Source: Nostoc sp. PCC 7120 = FACHB-418
GTDB taxonomy: Bacteria > Cyanobacteriota > Cyanobacteriia > Cyanobacteriales > Nostocaceae
Reading direction: 5' to 3'
Assembly (NCBI RefSeq): GCF_000009705.1
Contig: NC_003272.1
Coordinates: 2,100,001-2,132,000, forward strand
Length of the DNA: 32,000 nt
This document shows positions 16,428-26,050 of the stretch, piece by piece (position 1 is the stretch's first letter; each line of letters opens with the position of its first letter). A program made the position numbers and the translations under genes. The notes under the pieces are model-generated. The model was given only the letters and a program-made list of their open reading frames with translations. It ran no database searches and was not told the origin of the DNA.

Positions 16428-17180
16428 CTATATCTGCTTCATCTCTTGCAGGGATTTCTCTATTTTATGCTCTTGGATTAAGTCTAGGTCGGGTAGACAG
16501 GGATTCGGTGCAACAATGCCGCCGGAGACTACAACTTTGAAAGCATCTTCTACGGACATGGAGAGGTTAACTACTTCGTCTTCTGGGACTACAGCGTACC
16601 AGCCTGTAGTCGGGTTTGGTGTGGTGGGAATAAACACACTCAACATTGGACGAGGCATTTGAGATTGAATTTCACTACTAATCACACCTGTAACAAAGGC
16701 GATCGCCCATATTCCCCGACGGGGATATTCTATTAAAATGACTCTCCGAAATTTCCCATTGGAGTCTTTTAGTAGTGTTTCCAAAAGCTGCTTGAGGGTT
16801 TTATACACCTGCCCAGCTAAAGGAATTGCCTGTAATAATCGTTCACCAAAATCCAACAACCATCTTCCTGCAATATTCCTAGCCATTAACCCAATAATCA
16901 AAATACTTAGTAGAGGTACAGCTAGCCCTACTGCAAAATTAAGTATATTTACTACTATGGGATGTAATCCATCAAAAGGGTTAAGTTGTTTAGGCACTTG
17001 AGTGAGAAAGTCAATTACCCAATTAGCAATGGTAATTGTTAACCAGATAGTGGTTGCCAGGGGAATTACTACTAACAAGCCAGCAATTAGGTCATTCTTT
17101 AAGTCCTGCTTTAGGCGGTCAATTCCCAAGCCCTTATTCTCTTTTTTTAGGATAGTGGAACTTTCATTATTGGTACTCAT
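16428..17180 (-). CDS. DUF502 domain membrane protein
   Basis: GLLVVIPLATTIWLT TM motif, a second TM, and a conserved C-terminal PTTPNPTTGW segment typical of DUF502. Confidence 0.7.
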   Translation of the reverse strand: MSTNNESSTILKKENKGLGIDRLKQDLKNDLIAGLLVVIPLATTIWLTITIANWVIDFLTQVPKQLNPFDGLHPIVVNILNFAVGLAVPLLSILIIGLMARNIAGRWLLDFGERLLQAIPLAGQVYKTLKQLLETLLKDSNGKFRRVILIEYPRRGIWAIAFVTGVISSEIQSQMPRPMLSVFIPTTPNPTTGWYAVVPEDEVVNLSMSVEDAFKVVVSGGIVAPNPCLPDLDLIQEHKIEKSLQEMKQI

Positions 17181-17621
17181 TCCAGTAAATTTGTCTAATT
17201 AATCAGATATAACGTGTAGCCTTTGTACTCCAAACCTTAGTCTCAAAGACAAGTATTGGAATTGTAGCCAAGCTATTTCCAAGCGTTCACTCGGAAATAA
17301 GTTTTTTCGATACTTGTCCATATAAACACATTCCAAGTAGCACAAAAACTAGTTTGTCTGTGAGGACTTTACTTTTCTTTGTACAACTTGTAAATGATTG
17401 TTGCTAATTTCTTAGTTATTACAATCCTACCGCGATATGTTGAAAGCTGCTATGACTGTAAAAACAAGTCCAGTAAATTGATGAGAACGATATGCTTTCA
17501 ATTTACAACAACTAAACACGAGGGATGTTTATGAAAATATAATTTTATAAATTTTAACCTATTATTTGTGGGCTTAAGAATTATGTCAGTTTTGAGCTAA
17601 GTGAAATCACGACTCTAGTGT

Positions 17622-18518
17622 TTAATCCCTTGACCCTAGTTCCTCTTTTGCTGCTTCCTGGTTGCTGTCACTGCTAGGAACTATCTCCGGTTCTAAACTA
17701 GGGATAGGTAGATATTTCATTTCCCAGGCTTTCAATAAAATCAGGTATTCATAAAAAGCTTGTAATGTACACCAAGCCATTCCTGCACGTCCATCTAGAC
17801 AACCGCCTAAGAGAAAGTACATATATAAAAAACGTAACAAAGGTCTAGCTGGTAGTCGTAAAGACAAGTCTTTTAATGCACGCCGCCTAGCAACTTCCGA
17901 TTTACCAAACAACAAATCTCGCCAGTCAACTTTGCCATTTTCTAATTGATATAAAGTCTCTTTCGCCTCATCCGTAGAATAACGGTTATGTTTTTCAATC
18001 CAACGGCTCAAACCCTTGCTGCAAGTGTAGTGAGGATAGGTTTCTTTTAAAAAGCTGGTAGCGCCTTCACAAACTTCTCGTTCCGTATGCCCGTAGTCGG
18101 TAAACCAAACTTTGCCATGTTGGAACAGACGCATCTGATAACGGGGATATTGAGTGCTATGGCGAATCCATTGGTTCATGAACATCACCCGTTCAGCAAC
18201 GTAGTAACCAATGTATTCGGAAGTGGTAATTGCTTGTTCACACTCGGCAAACAACTCTGGTGTCATCCGCTCATCAGCTTCGAGAATATATACCCATTTG
18301 TGTTTTGGAGGGAGAGACTCTAGCATCCATGTACGTTGGCGACCGTGGCTTTCAAAGGCGTGCCGCACAACACGAATGGGATAACGATTGGCAATTTCTA
18401 CAGTGCGATCGCTACTACATGAGTCTACAACGATGACGTCATCTGATAACATCGCTGATTCTATACAACTTGCAATATCTAGTTCTTCGTTATAAGTCAG
18501 TATGTAAATAGAAAACAT
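17622..18518 (-). CDS. hpsK: Family-2 glycosyltransferase (HpsK-position gene)
   Basis: GT-A N-terminus YILTYNEELDIASCIES...VIVVDSCSSDRT. Last gene of the hps-like array. The letter is assigned by position only. Confidence 0.6.
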   Translation of the reverse strand: MFSIYILTYNEELDIASCIESAMLSDDVIVVDSCSSDRTVEIANRYPIRVVRHAFESHGRQRTWMLESLPPKHKWVYILEADERMTPELFAECEQAITTSEYIGYYVAERVMFMNQWIRHSTQYPRYQMRLFQHGKVWFTDYGHTEREVCEGATSFLKETYPHYTCSKGLSRWIEKHNRYSTDEAKETLYQLENGKVDWRDLLFGKSEVARRRALKDLSLRLPARPLLRFLYMYFLLGGCLDGRAGMAWCTLQAFYEYLILLKAWEMKYLPIPSLEPEIVPSSDSNQEAAKEELGSRD

Positions 18519-18649
18519 TGCCCAGTCTTACAGTAATTTTGCTAAACGCTAGGTATCTTTAAGTATTGCCAAAAACAGTCTATATACCCTATGGCTAACG
18601 AAGGGCTAAGAGTGTTGATTAACAAACACGCCCTAGCCCCTAGCTTAAA

Positions 18650-19492
18650 TTAGCGTGCAGGTACTTTACCTTTACGTCCACCGCCTTGGAAAGCACCGCT
18701 AGCTCTGAGTCCTGACCAACCGATAATGATGTAGCCAATAGACAAGATCAAACTGCTGATACCAATTCGCAGTCCAGATTTCCACGCATTGTCTCTAGCT
18801 TGCTTGGCAGCGTCTTCTTTTCGCTGGCGAATTTGGTTTAATCTTTGATTAGCCAGTCCTTGAGGATCTGTTTGCTGGGCAATAAACTGATCTAATTCTT
18901 GAGGATTGGCTTTAAATTTCTTGAGTAATTCTTTCTGCGCTGTTGGAAGTTGGGGATTATTCAAAGCTTGTTGATATTTTTGATCATCTCGCAGCAGTTC
19001 AGTGAATTGAGCTTTAGCTTGGGTTCGCAATTGTTCTAGTTGAGCCTTTCCTTGCTCGGTGTTGGCTTGGGCTTGAAATTGAGATAATTGGTTTTTGAGT
19101 TGGTTTTCTGCCTGGTCTGCCTCTTGATTGATTTGGTTTACTGTTTGCACACTGGCTTGTCTCACATTATTGAGATGTAAGGGAAAAATCAGCAGGAACA
19201 TTAAACCCAAAAGGCTGGAGAGTATTAAAACGGGAAATCTTAAATCAAATCCTTTCGAGCCACCATCGCTAGCACTGTCCATCCAATAGCCAGTAAATAA
19301 TGCTCCCAAGCCAACCAAAGGGACAATACCCCGGTCAACTAGTGCTGTTGCTAGGTTAATCTGCCATAACCTGTCTGTAGGTTGAAATGGCAATAACAGA
19401 ATCAGAAAATCCAGCAAAAACGAAACAATTAAGACTATCCCTACGATTTTAAGGATTAGGGAGGCATTTACAGCAGCAAAGCGGTTAACCAT
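18650..19492 (-). CDS. hpsJ: HpsJ-like membrane protein (three N-terminal TMs, Q-rich coiled coil, C-terminal TM)
   Basis: Architecture read from the translation. Position between the DUF2064-like gene and the terminal GT2 matches hpsJ. Confidence 0.55.
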   Translation of the reverse strand: MVNRFAAVNASLILKIVGIVLIVSFLLDFLILLLPFQPTDRLWQINLATALVDRGIVPLVGLGALFTGYWMDSASDGGSKGFDLRFPVLILSSLLGLMFLLIFPLHLNNVRQASVQTVNQINQEADQAENQLKNQLSQFQAQANTEQGKAQLEQLRTQAKAQFTELLRDDQKYQQALNNPQLPTAQKELLKKFKANPQELDQFIAQQTDPQGLANQRLNQIRQRKEDAAKQARDNAWKSGLRIGISSLILSIGYIIIGWSGLRASGAFQGGGRKGKVPAR

Positions 19493-19742
19493 AGTTTTTC
19501 AAATTGGTACGTACTGAGTTCAGATTGAGTGATTGTCCTCTTTAAAGTTACTTGAATATCGCTCCCGTAACCTTGCTTGTTATATGAATCTACCCATATA
19601 TATGAAATAAAACGCAATGCCACCATGTTACAAAATTTTTACCCTTGGGTTGGAAACTGCTCTACATTGGCATCGGTTTCCTAGAGTGTAACTAAAGATA
19701 ATTATGTATTGTATAATACAAGGGTGAATGAGATAAATTGAC

Positions 19743-20393
19743 CTACCTCATCTTAACTTCTGTTTCCCAAATTCGTTGCCAAATGGGTAAATCATCTGGT
19801 CTATCAACATCAGCCAATGGTGGTAAGTGATAGGATGAGAGGTTGAGTTGATGAGCAATATCCACAGTTTGGTGTAATACTTGCGAAGTCCCCCAGTCGA
19901 TGTTGGCAAATAATTCAGGGATGAAGCGACGTAAAGCAATTAAGTAGTAACCACCATCAATGGCTGGACCAAGTACTAAGTCAACTGTATAAATTTGTTC
20001 GAAAGCTTGAGCAAGAATATGAGAATTTAATCCAGGACAGTCGGTACCGATAATTACAACTTGCTTTGCCTGACCTTGAAAGGAATCATACAGCGATCGC
20101 GCCATCCGCGAACCCAAATCTCCATCACCTTGAGAATGGTAAACCAATTCAGCGCCAAGCCAATCTTGCATAAGTTGCAGGTCTCCCCCCGCAAACCGAA
20201 TTTCTAAAGATATATTAATTAACTTTTGCAGTTCCTTAACCTGAAATAAAGCGTATTCAGTCATTTGCCGTTGCAGCTTGGCAGCACCAATAGTACCCAA
20301 AGCAGGTATCAATCTGGTTTTTGTTTTCCCTGGTTCTGGATAGCGCGTGAAAATAATTAAGTGCTGTTGTAAAGTTTCTGATGATTTCAGCAC
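19743..20393 (-). CDS. hpsI: DUF2064/TIGR04282-like transferase-fold protein (HpsI position)
   Basis: LIIFTRYPEPGKTKTRLIPALG N-terminal motif and DGGYYLIAL, characteristic of DUF2064. Confidence 0.6.
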   Translation of the reverse strand: MLKSSETLQQHLIIFTRYPEPGKTKTRLIPALGTIGAAKLQRQMTEYALFQVKELQKLINISLEIRFAGGDLQLMQDWLGAELVYHSQGDGDLGSRMARSLYDSFQGQAKQVVIIGTDCPGLNSHILAQAFEQIYTVDLVLGPAIDGGYYLIALRRFIPELFANIDWGTSQVLHQTVDIAHQLNLSSYHLPPLADVDRPDDLPIWQRIWETEVKMR

Positions 20394-20425
20394 AGCATAC
20401 CTTGTTTAAGCTAACTAAAAATATC

Positions 20426-20983
20426 TTAATAGCAATAATCACCGCCGCTATTAGCCCTATTACGCTCTTTAGCTGTACGCATTGCTCCCAAAATTGTCGA
20501 AACATAGACACAACGCTTAATCATGCCTCTAGACTTACTTGATAAAGTAATCCTGCCTAGAGGTGGTTGTTTAACACTTCCTCGATAATCAAATTGAATT
20601 CGCCTCACATTGTTTGATTGCTGTAAAGTGCTTTCTCCATCTAAACGCACACGAGAATCTAGATTATTCCAATTAGCATTCGTAGGGCTGACACTAGCAG
20701 GATGAACTGCCCATTGAACTATACCATTTTGTTCGCGGAAACTAGCTTGCCACGTCAATTTTTCCTTACTAGCTTGGCTTTGGGCTTGTCGTATGGCATT
20801 GTGAACTTCGTATTGAGCTTTGTTGAGGCGTTGAGTATCTACAAAAGTTAACCAGTAAGGTAATGCTAAAGCTGCTAATATCCCAACCATGAGAATAACT
20901 GCCAATATCTCTGGAAGTGTAAAACCCCGTTCATTTTGGCAATTTAAGCCATTTTTATTATCAAATAGAGATAGTAAAAGCAC
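20426..20983 (-). CDS. hpsH: Prepilin-type N-terminal cleavage/methylation pseudopilin (HpsH position)
   Basis: NERG|FTLPEILAVILMVGILAALALP, with Glu at +5. Paralog of 24238..24933. Confidence 0.7.
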   Translation of the reverse strand: MLLLSLFDNKNGLNCQNERGFTLPEILAVILMVGILAALALPYWLTFVDTQRLNKAQYEVHNAIRQAQSQASKEKLTWQASFREQNGIVQWAVHPASVSPTNANWNNLDSRVRLDGESTLQQSNNVRRIQFDYRGSVKQPPLGRITLSSKSRGMIKRCVYVSTILGAMRTAKERNRANSGGDYCY

Positions 20984-21005
20984 CTGGATATATGTTGTGA
21001 ATATT

Positions 21006-22007
21006 TTAACTGCCAGAAATTGCTGATAACTGTGGATTGAGAGATTTTGTCCTCATTTTTGCTAGTAATTCTGTAGATAAACCAGCAGGTAATATAATAA
21101 TTATCAGAGCTTTAAATAAAAGTTTTAATGTAGAATTTATCCGCCTCATTCTAGAAGAATCATACAGAAAATATTGCCAAATAAATTTAACAGCAGCTAG
21201 ACCTTTACTTCGACTGTAAGGCTTTTGCAGGGCTTTACAAGCTAAATATTTGTAAAGATTAGCTATACTCAAATGCAAAATATGATTACCAATCGCAGGT
21301 CTTGCTTGATAAGCTTTTTCTAGTACTTGCTTACAAGCTTTTTCCTGTCTCACCAGATTAGAAGATAGAGAATTACTACTAACCCGATATAATATTTGGA
21401 CATAAGGAACAGCCACAAAAGAATATTTATTAGCTAATCTTAGCCACATATCCCAATCTTGAGCGGCCTTTAGTGATTCATCAAATCCTCCCAATGCAAT
21501 TAAAGCTTCTTTGCAAATTAAAGGATTAGAGCCATTTTCTAAAAAATTGTTGATAAACAACTTTTTATAGACATCTCCATTAAGTGTTACACGTCTACCA
21601 GAAATTAAAAAATTACCATCTTCATCAATATAATCAGTCCAGCTATATGCAACATGAAAACCAGGATTGTTATGTAAAGCCTCTAATTGTGACTCTAGTT
21701 TATTAGGTGTCCAAATATCATCTGCATCTAGGAAACTGATGAATTTTCCCACTGCAAGATTTAAACCCCGATTCCGGCTAACATTTCCTCCAGCATTTTC
21801 AAAGGAAAATATCTTAATCCTCGAATCTTCAATTTGAGAAACAATGTCTAATGTTGCATCTTGTGAACCATCATTAATGACAATTAATTCAAAATCAGTA
21901 AAAGATTGATCTAAAACCGAATCAATTGTTTTTTTGATAGTTTTTTCACAATTATAAGCTGGGATAATTACAGAAATTATTGGTAAATCAAAATTGGATT
22001 CAGTCAT
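21006..22007 (-). CDS. hpsG: Family-2 glycosyltransferase (HpsG position)
   Basis: ISVIIPAYNCEKTIKKTIDSVLDQSF.DFELIVINDGSQDAT and the DADD motif (FLDADDIW). Confidence 0.7.
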   Translation of the reverse strand: MTESNFDLPIISVIIPAYNCEKTIKKTIDSVLDQSFTDFELIVINDGSQDATLDIVSQIEDSRIKIFSFENAGGNVSRNRGLNLAVGKFISFLDADDIWTPNKLESQLEALHNNPGFHVAYSWTDYIDEDGNFLISGRRVTLNGDVYKKLFINNFLENGSNPLICKEALIALGGFDESLKAAQDWDMWLRLANKYSFVAVPYVQILYRVSSNSLSSNLVRQEKACKQVLEKAYQARPAIGNHILHLSIANLYKYLACKALQKPYSRSKGLAAVKFIWQYFLYDSSRMRRINSTLKLLFKALIIIILPAGLSTELLAKMRTKSLNPQLSAISGS

Positions 22008-23007
22008 TGTTTAAACTTATATCTTCATTGGTTAAATTATTGAAATAAAACATGAGTGAGTATATAGGACTCAAAAGACTACCCAAATAAAAATTGAACT
22101 CTACAAGTGCGACTATATCTCCCTTGAGATTATTTTTGTACTTCATTATGTGGTGAAATAGTCTGCGAATATTGCCTAAAATTGTTCTCAGCAAAATTAT
22201 CGACAATTCACCTTTTTTAGCATTAATTAGTCTGAGTTGAAAAATACATAAACCACAACCACGAGCGACATTAACTAAGTAACTTGTTTCAAGTCGTCCG
22301 TGGGGTATTTTATGATAGATTTCCATTTTGGGGTTATACCAAATTTCCCAACCAGCTTTATATATATATAAGAGAACCTCTGTATCTTCTCCACCAATCA
22401 TTAATTTTCCAATTCTCCCTTTAAAAACTAACTGTTGCGGTACGCTTTCTCGCCAAGCTTGTTTACGGATAACAAGAGCAGCACCAGGGGGTAGTTTTAA
22501 ATTTTCAGCATCAAAGATATAAGCTTTTTGACCATGTTCTCTAATAGCTAAAAAAGCCTGAATTTGGGAAAAATTATCTGGTGGTGTAACTTCAAAATCA
22601 CCATGTATTTGACCACTCCATGCACCGGCGCGGGGATGTTCTTCGCCAAAATTATAAGATTGTAAAACCCAATCAGGCGCAGCTAAGTTATCATCATCTA
22701 AAAAAGCAACAAATTTACCTTGGGATTCCTTGATTGCTCTGAGTCTTCCATAGGCTAATCCCTGTTGTGTTTCTAGAAAATATTTCAACTGACATTGAGT
22801 AAATTTTTTTTGGTAATCACTTACTACTTCGGGTGTGCGATCGCTGCTATTATTATCAATAACGATGACTTCCCAACGTAGGTTTTCTGTACCTGTTTGC
22901 GCCAATAATCTGTCTAAAACTTGGGGTAAACGTTCTGCACCATTCCATGTGGGAATAGCTACGGTAAAATCAACCGTTTCAATTATCTCTTGTAGTTCTT
23001 GTTGCAT
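22000..23007 (-). CDS. hpsF: Family-2 glycosyltransferase (HpsF position)
   Basis: TVAIPTWNGAERLPQVLDRLLAQ...VIVIDNNSSDRT and FLDDDN. Tandem paralog of 23029..23997. Its stop overlaps the hpsG start by 8 nt. Confidence 0.7.
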   Translation of the reverse strand: MQQELQEIIETVDFTVAIPTWNGAERLPQVLDRLLAQTGTENLRWEVIVIDNNSSDRTPEVVSDYQKKFTQCQLKYFLETQQGLAYGRLRAIKESQGKFVAFLDDDNLAAPDWVLQSYNFGEEHPRAGAWSGQIHGDFEVTPPDNFSQIQAFLAIREHGQKAYIFDAENLKLPPGAALVIRKQAWRESVPQQLVFKGRIGKLMIGGEDTEVLLYIYKAGWEIWYNPKMEIYHKIPHGRLETSYLVNVARGCGLCIFQLRLINAKKGELSIILLRTILGNIRRLFHHIMKYKNNLKGDIVALVEFNFYLGSLLSPIYSLMFYFNNLTNEDISLNND

Positions 23008-23028
23008 AATCCCAGCTTTCTCAATTAT

Positions 23029-23997
23029 TTACTTACCACTTTTAGTTAAGTACCCATTTTTCCACAGATAGAAAGGACTAATTAGGCTACTGAAAAACAG
23101 TTCTGTTTCACAAGCTATGACTAAATCAGTTTTTATCTTGGTTCCGTACTTAAGTAGTTGTAAAATAATCTTTCTGGTATCATTTATCATGTATGCAACA
23201 AGGACAAATGGTTTGTAATATCCTTGAACATTTGTTGTCCTGGTAACATACCGACTCAAACCAATCCCTCTAAAGAAGGGAATTAAATATTCTTTTTTTA
23301 ATCTAGAGCTTGGTATTCTATGATATATTTCCATCTCTGGGTTATACCAAACTTCCCAACCCGATTTTTGCAGGTAACACAGCATTTCTAAATCTTCCCC
23401 AGTCAGCATATTACCTGCAACTCTACCAGTTAAAATTGGCTGTTCTGGTACACTCTCTAACCATGCTTCCCGGCGGACAACCAGTCCAGCAGAGGGGGGA
23501 AGAAGTTTTTTTCTCGGCTCGTAAAATAGAGGTTTATTACCGCGTTCTGTAATTGCTAAAAAAGGAATAATACTCTTAAAGTTTTCTGGTGGTTCTACCT
23601 CCCAATCCGGGTGTATTTGGCTACCATAAGCCCCTGCTTTGGGGTACTTTTGAGCAAAAGCACAAGCGGCTGCTACCCAAGTTGGGATGGGGTAGTTATC
23701 GTCATCTAAAAAACCGATTAATTTACCTGAAGCAACTTCTACACCTTTTTTTCTGGCATAGGCTGCACCTTGTTTAGCTTCAAAGTAGTATTTTAAAGGA
23801 TAGGAGCAATGCCAATTTTCTTGGTACTGCTGTACAACTTGGGCTGTATTGTCAGTGCTGTTGTTATCGACAACAATAATTTCCCAGGAAATATTTTCGG
23901 TGTTAATTTGGTTTCGCAGCCGTTCTAATAATTCTGGCAAACGATTCGCACCATTGTAAGTCGGTATAGCTATAGTTAAATCAAGATTTGCAGTCAT
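23029..23997 (-). CDS. hpsE: Family-2 glycosyltransferase (HpsE position)
   Basis: TIAIPTYNGANRLPELLERLRNQ...IIVVDNNSTDNT and FLDDDN. Confidence 0.7.
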   Translation of the reverse strand: MTANLDLTIAIPTYNGANRLPELLERLRNQINTENISWEIIVVDNNSTDNTAQVVQQYQENWHCSYPLKYYFEAKQGAAYARKKGVEVASGKLIGFLDDDNYPIPTWVAAACAFAQKYPKAGAYGSQIHPDWEVEPPENFKSIIPFLAITERGNKPLFYEPRKKLLPPSAGLVVRREAWLESVPEQPILTGRVAGNMLTGEDLEMLCYLQKSGWEVWYNPEMEIYHRIPSSRLKKEYLIPFFRGIGLSRYVTRTTNVQGYYKPFVLVAYMINDTRKIILQLLKYGTKIKTDLVIACETELFFSSLISPFYLWKNGYLTKSGK

Positions 23998-24143
23998 TTT
24001 TTGCAGTTTGTACTTAGATTGTAGTTTCTGGTTGGGTGTGTCTGGATGATGTTAAAGACTTAACCGAGGTTATTTTAGGCTGAACTGCAACTGATGGCTA
24101 GTAAATATTTAAGCTAAATTAGTTAAAAGTTAAAATTAAAAAT

Positions 24144-24180
24144 CTGCACCTTATATTTCAATTTTGCTTTGCAGGTGCAG
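24144..24180 (-). terminator. Hairpin plus T-tract between the hpsD-like and hpsE-like genes
   Basis: CTGCACC(24144-24150)/GGTGCAG(24174-24180). On the minus strand it is followed by ATTTTTAATTTTA. The long 23-nt loop lowers confidence. Confidence 0.35.
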
Positions 24181-24237
24181 GTTATTGTACAGTATTCTTA
24201 CTAAGATTTAAGAAAATTTGCTACATCATCCACTTAT

Positions 24238-24933
24238 TTAATTACAATTGTTATCTTTCTCGGTCATTGTTGCACCCAGAATCGTTTTTAAGATAACGCA
24301 ACGCTTAACGTTATTATTTGCTACAACAATTTTGATATGTGGTATTGCAGTGGAGCCAGTTGGTGCTGGCGGATCAAATTCTAGACCTGTTAGACTACCT
24401 ATGTAGTCGAAAGTAATTGTTTGTGGTGTGTTTAAATAAGTGGAACTTGCATTGACAGCAGTACTAACTTTGTTTTTGCTCGTGAGATTGGTCAAGAGTT
24501 TGATTTGTCCAGTAGAGCGGATGTCTAAATCTTCACCTAGAACTTGCCAGCGTTTTTTAGATGGGGTGTCAACAATAGTAGATGCGGCTTCAGAATCAGG
24601 ATGAATAACAATCTTAGGAATTTGGCTTTCAACTTTAAAACTGACACTATATTTTAGTTTTTGTCGTTTAGCTTGTCGCTGTGCTTCTTGTATGGATGCT
24701 AAAACAGCATCGTTAGCTTTGTTGACTCTTTGACGATTAACGAAAGCAGACCAGCCAGGAAGAGCGATCGCTGCTAATATACCTACCATCATCACTACTG
24801 CAATCAATTCTACTAAACTAAAGCCGGAATCTGATTGAGTGTATATTCCAAACTGGCGATTAGGCAGACATAAAGATTTGATTATGCTATTTTTCCTGTC
24901 GATATTGAACGGATGTAAACGTGTTTTCTTCAT
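24238..24933 (-). CDS. hpsD: Prepilin-type pseudopilin (HpsD position)
   Basis: SDSG|FSLVELIAVVMMVGILAAIALP. The predicted leader is unusually long (37 aa) if the annotated ATG is used. Confidence 0.7.
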   Translation of the reverse strand: MKKTRLHPFNIDRKNSIIKSLCLPNRQFGIYTQSDSGFSLVELIAVVMMVGILAAIALPGWSAFVNRQRVNKANDAVLASIQEAQRQAKRQKLKYSVSFKVESQIPKIVIHPDSEAASTIVDTPSKKRWQVLGEDLDIRSTGQIKLLTNLTSKNKVSTAVNASSTYLNTPQTITFDYIGSLTGLEFDPPAPTGSTAIPHIKIVVANNNVKRCVILKTILGATMTEKDNNCN

Positions 24934-24970
24934 GATCTACTGCCTTAAATTACGCTATTGTTTTCGGCAT

Positions 24971-25993
24971 TTACTGAGTAAATAAATATCCACGTCCTTG
25001 TACTCGTATACTTGCATTTGGAAAATAAGCTCTTTTGTTATCGGCATAATTGAGGTTATTGCTTTGTAGGCGGGCGATCGCATTACCTCTCAAAAATACC
25101 TGTGCCGTAGTGTTAACTCTGTCAACACAGGCATAAAAACTCGTCATTTTAAACGTATCGCGGGTATTAAAATTAGTTGTATCTGGAGCTACCAACGTTG
25201 AGCCAGTAGGACAGGTAATCTTTGATGGTGGTATGATTAGTGGTGAGTTTGGTATTGTCTGGTCAATATAATCAACTAAAACTACAGGCGCTCCGGGAGT
25301 GACATTATTCACTACATCTGCTCCATTAGTATCTTTAGTAGTGTATTGGCTGAGTCTTTTCCAGGCGTTCATCTTTTCATGGATAGTACCTGCGCCATCA
25401 AGGCTGAATAGTGCAAAACCTTTACTTGGGCAATAATCATTACTGATATATTTGCCTGTATATCCATCGCAAGTTACACCACTACTAGCCGTTGTCAGCA
25501 CACCATCCCTAATCTGCCACCTAGCAATACGAGCAGCATTAGACCAGTTAGTATTGCTGTCTTTGATTAAATAGTAAGCAACCAATGAATACACATAAGT
25601 ATCATCTTTTTCACCGGCTGTAACTGTAATGATGTCTTCAATTAGTTCTCTTTTCCAAAAAACTAGGACAGGAACTCTATCTGTTGAGGTTGAACTAGGT
25701 AATTCATTTCTAATAGCATCAATACCAGCGCTATCGTAGATATAGATAGCTTGTTGCAAATCGCGGGCAATGTAATCTACTGCTGCTTGAATTTCTTGTT
25801 CTGAGCTTACCTTTGCCTGTTCTTGTCGGTCTGCATTCATGACGCTGATCATGAAGCCCATTAATGGTGTAATTACCAATACTGCCAAAATCATAGCTAC
25901 CAATAATTCAATCAAGGAAAAACCACCAACTTCCTCTATGAGCTTGGAGCGTTTCAACTGGTTTTGAAGCAGGAATTTTAATGCCCTCATCAT
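24971..25993 (-). CDS. hpsC: Prepilin-type pseudopilin, large (HpsC position)
   Basis: EVGG|FSLIELLVAMILAVLVITPL; 340 aa. Confidence 0.7.
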   Translation of the reverse strand: MMRALKFLLQNQLKRSKLIEEVGGFSLIELLVAMILAVLVITPLMGFMISVMNADRQEQAKVSSEQEIQAAVDYIARDLQQAIYIYDSAGIDAIRNELPSSTSTDRVPVLVFWKRELIEDIITVTAGEKDDTYVYSLVAYYLIKDSNTNWSNAARIARWQIRDGVLTTASSGVTCDGYTGKYISNDYCPSKGFALFSLDGAGTIHEKMNAWKRLSQYTTKDTNGADVVNNVTPGAPVVLVDYIDQTIPNSPLIIPPSKITCPTGSTLVAPDTTNFNTRDTFKMTSFYACVDRVNTTAQVFLRGNAIARLQSNNLNYADNKRAYFPNASIRVQGRGYLFTQ

Positions 25994-26050
25994 ACTCTGG
26001 TTTTCCCTTTAGTGAATATTGATGGATAGATACACATGAGATTTTGCTCA

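Noticed and set aside
16360-17202. + strand ORFs (16360..16662, 16738..17001, 17002..17202) opposite the DUF502 gene
   Set aside because: They are antisense shadows of a conserved membrane-protein gene, with no independent support.
17215-17230. NtcA-type GTA-N8-TAC sites (e.g. GTAGCCTTTGTAC near 17217, GTACAAAATAC near 640)
   Set aside because: The spacing is N7 or N5 rather than N8, and there is no properly placed -10 element.
20257-20511. 84-aa minus-strand ORF spanning the hpsH/hpsI-like junction, plus other out-of-frame ORFs in the cluster (19748..19939, 26164..26397, 27916..28098, 28984..29193, 30969..31388)
   Set aside because: They overlap well-supported genes in alternative frames or antisense. 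They have no motifs and no ribosome-binding context.
24191-24199. SigJ-type J-box candidates (consensus GGGaAtacT as I recall it): AAGAATACT on the minus strand at 24191-24199, and GGTAAATACT on the + strand at 31483-31492
   Set aside because: The first lacks the GGG. The second is on the wrong strand for hpsA. Without a matrix scan and TSS data these are not reportable sites.
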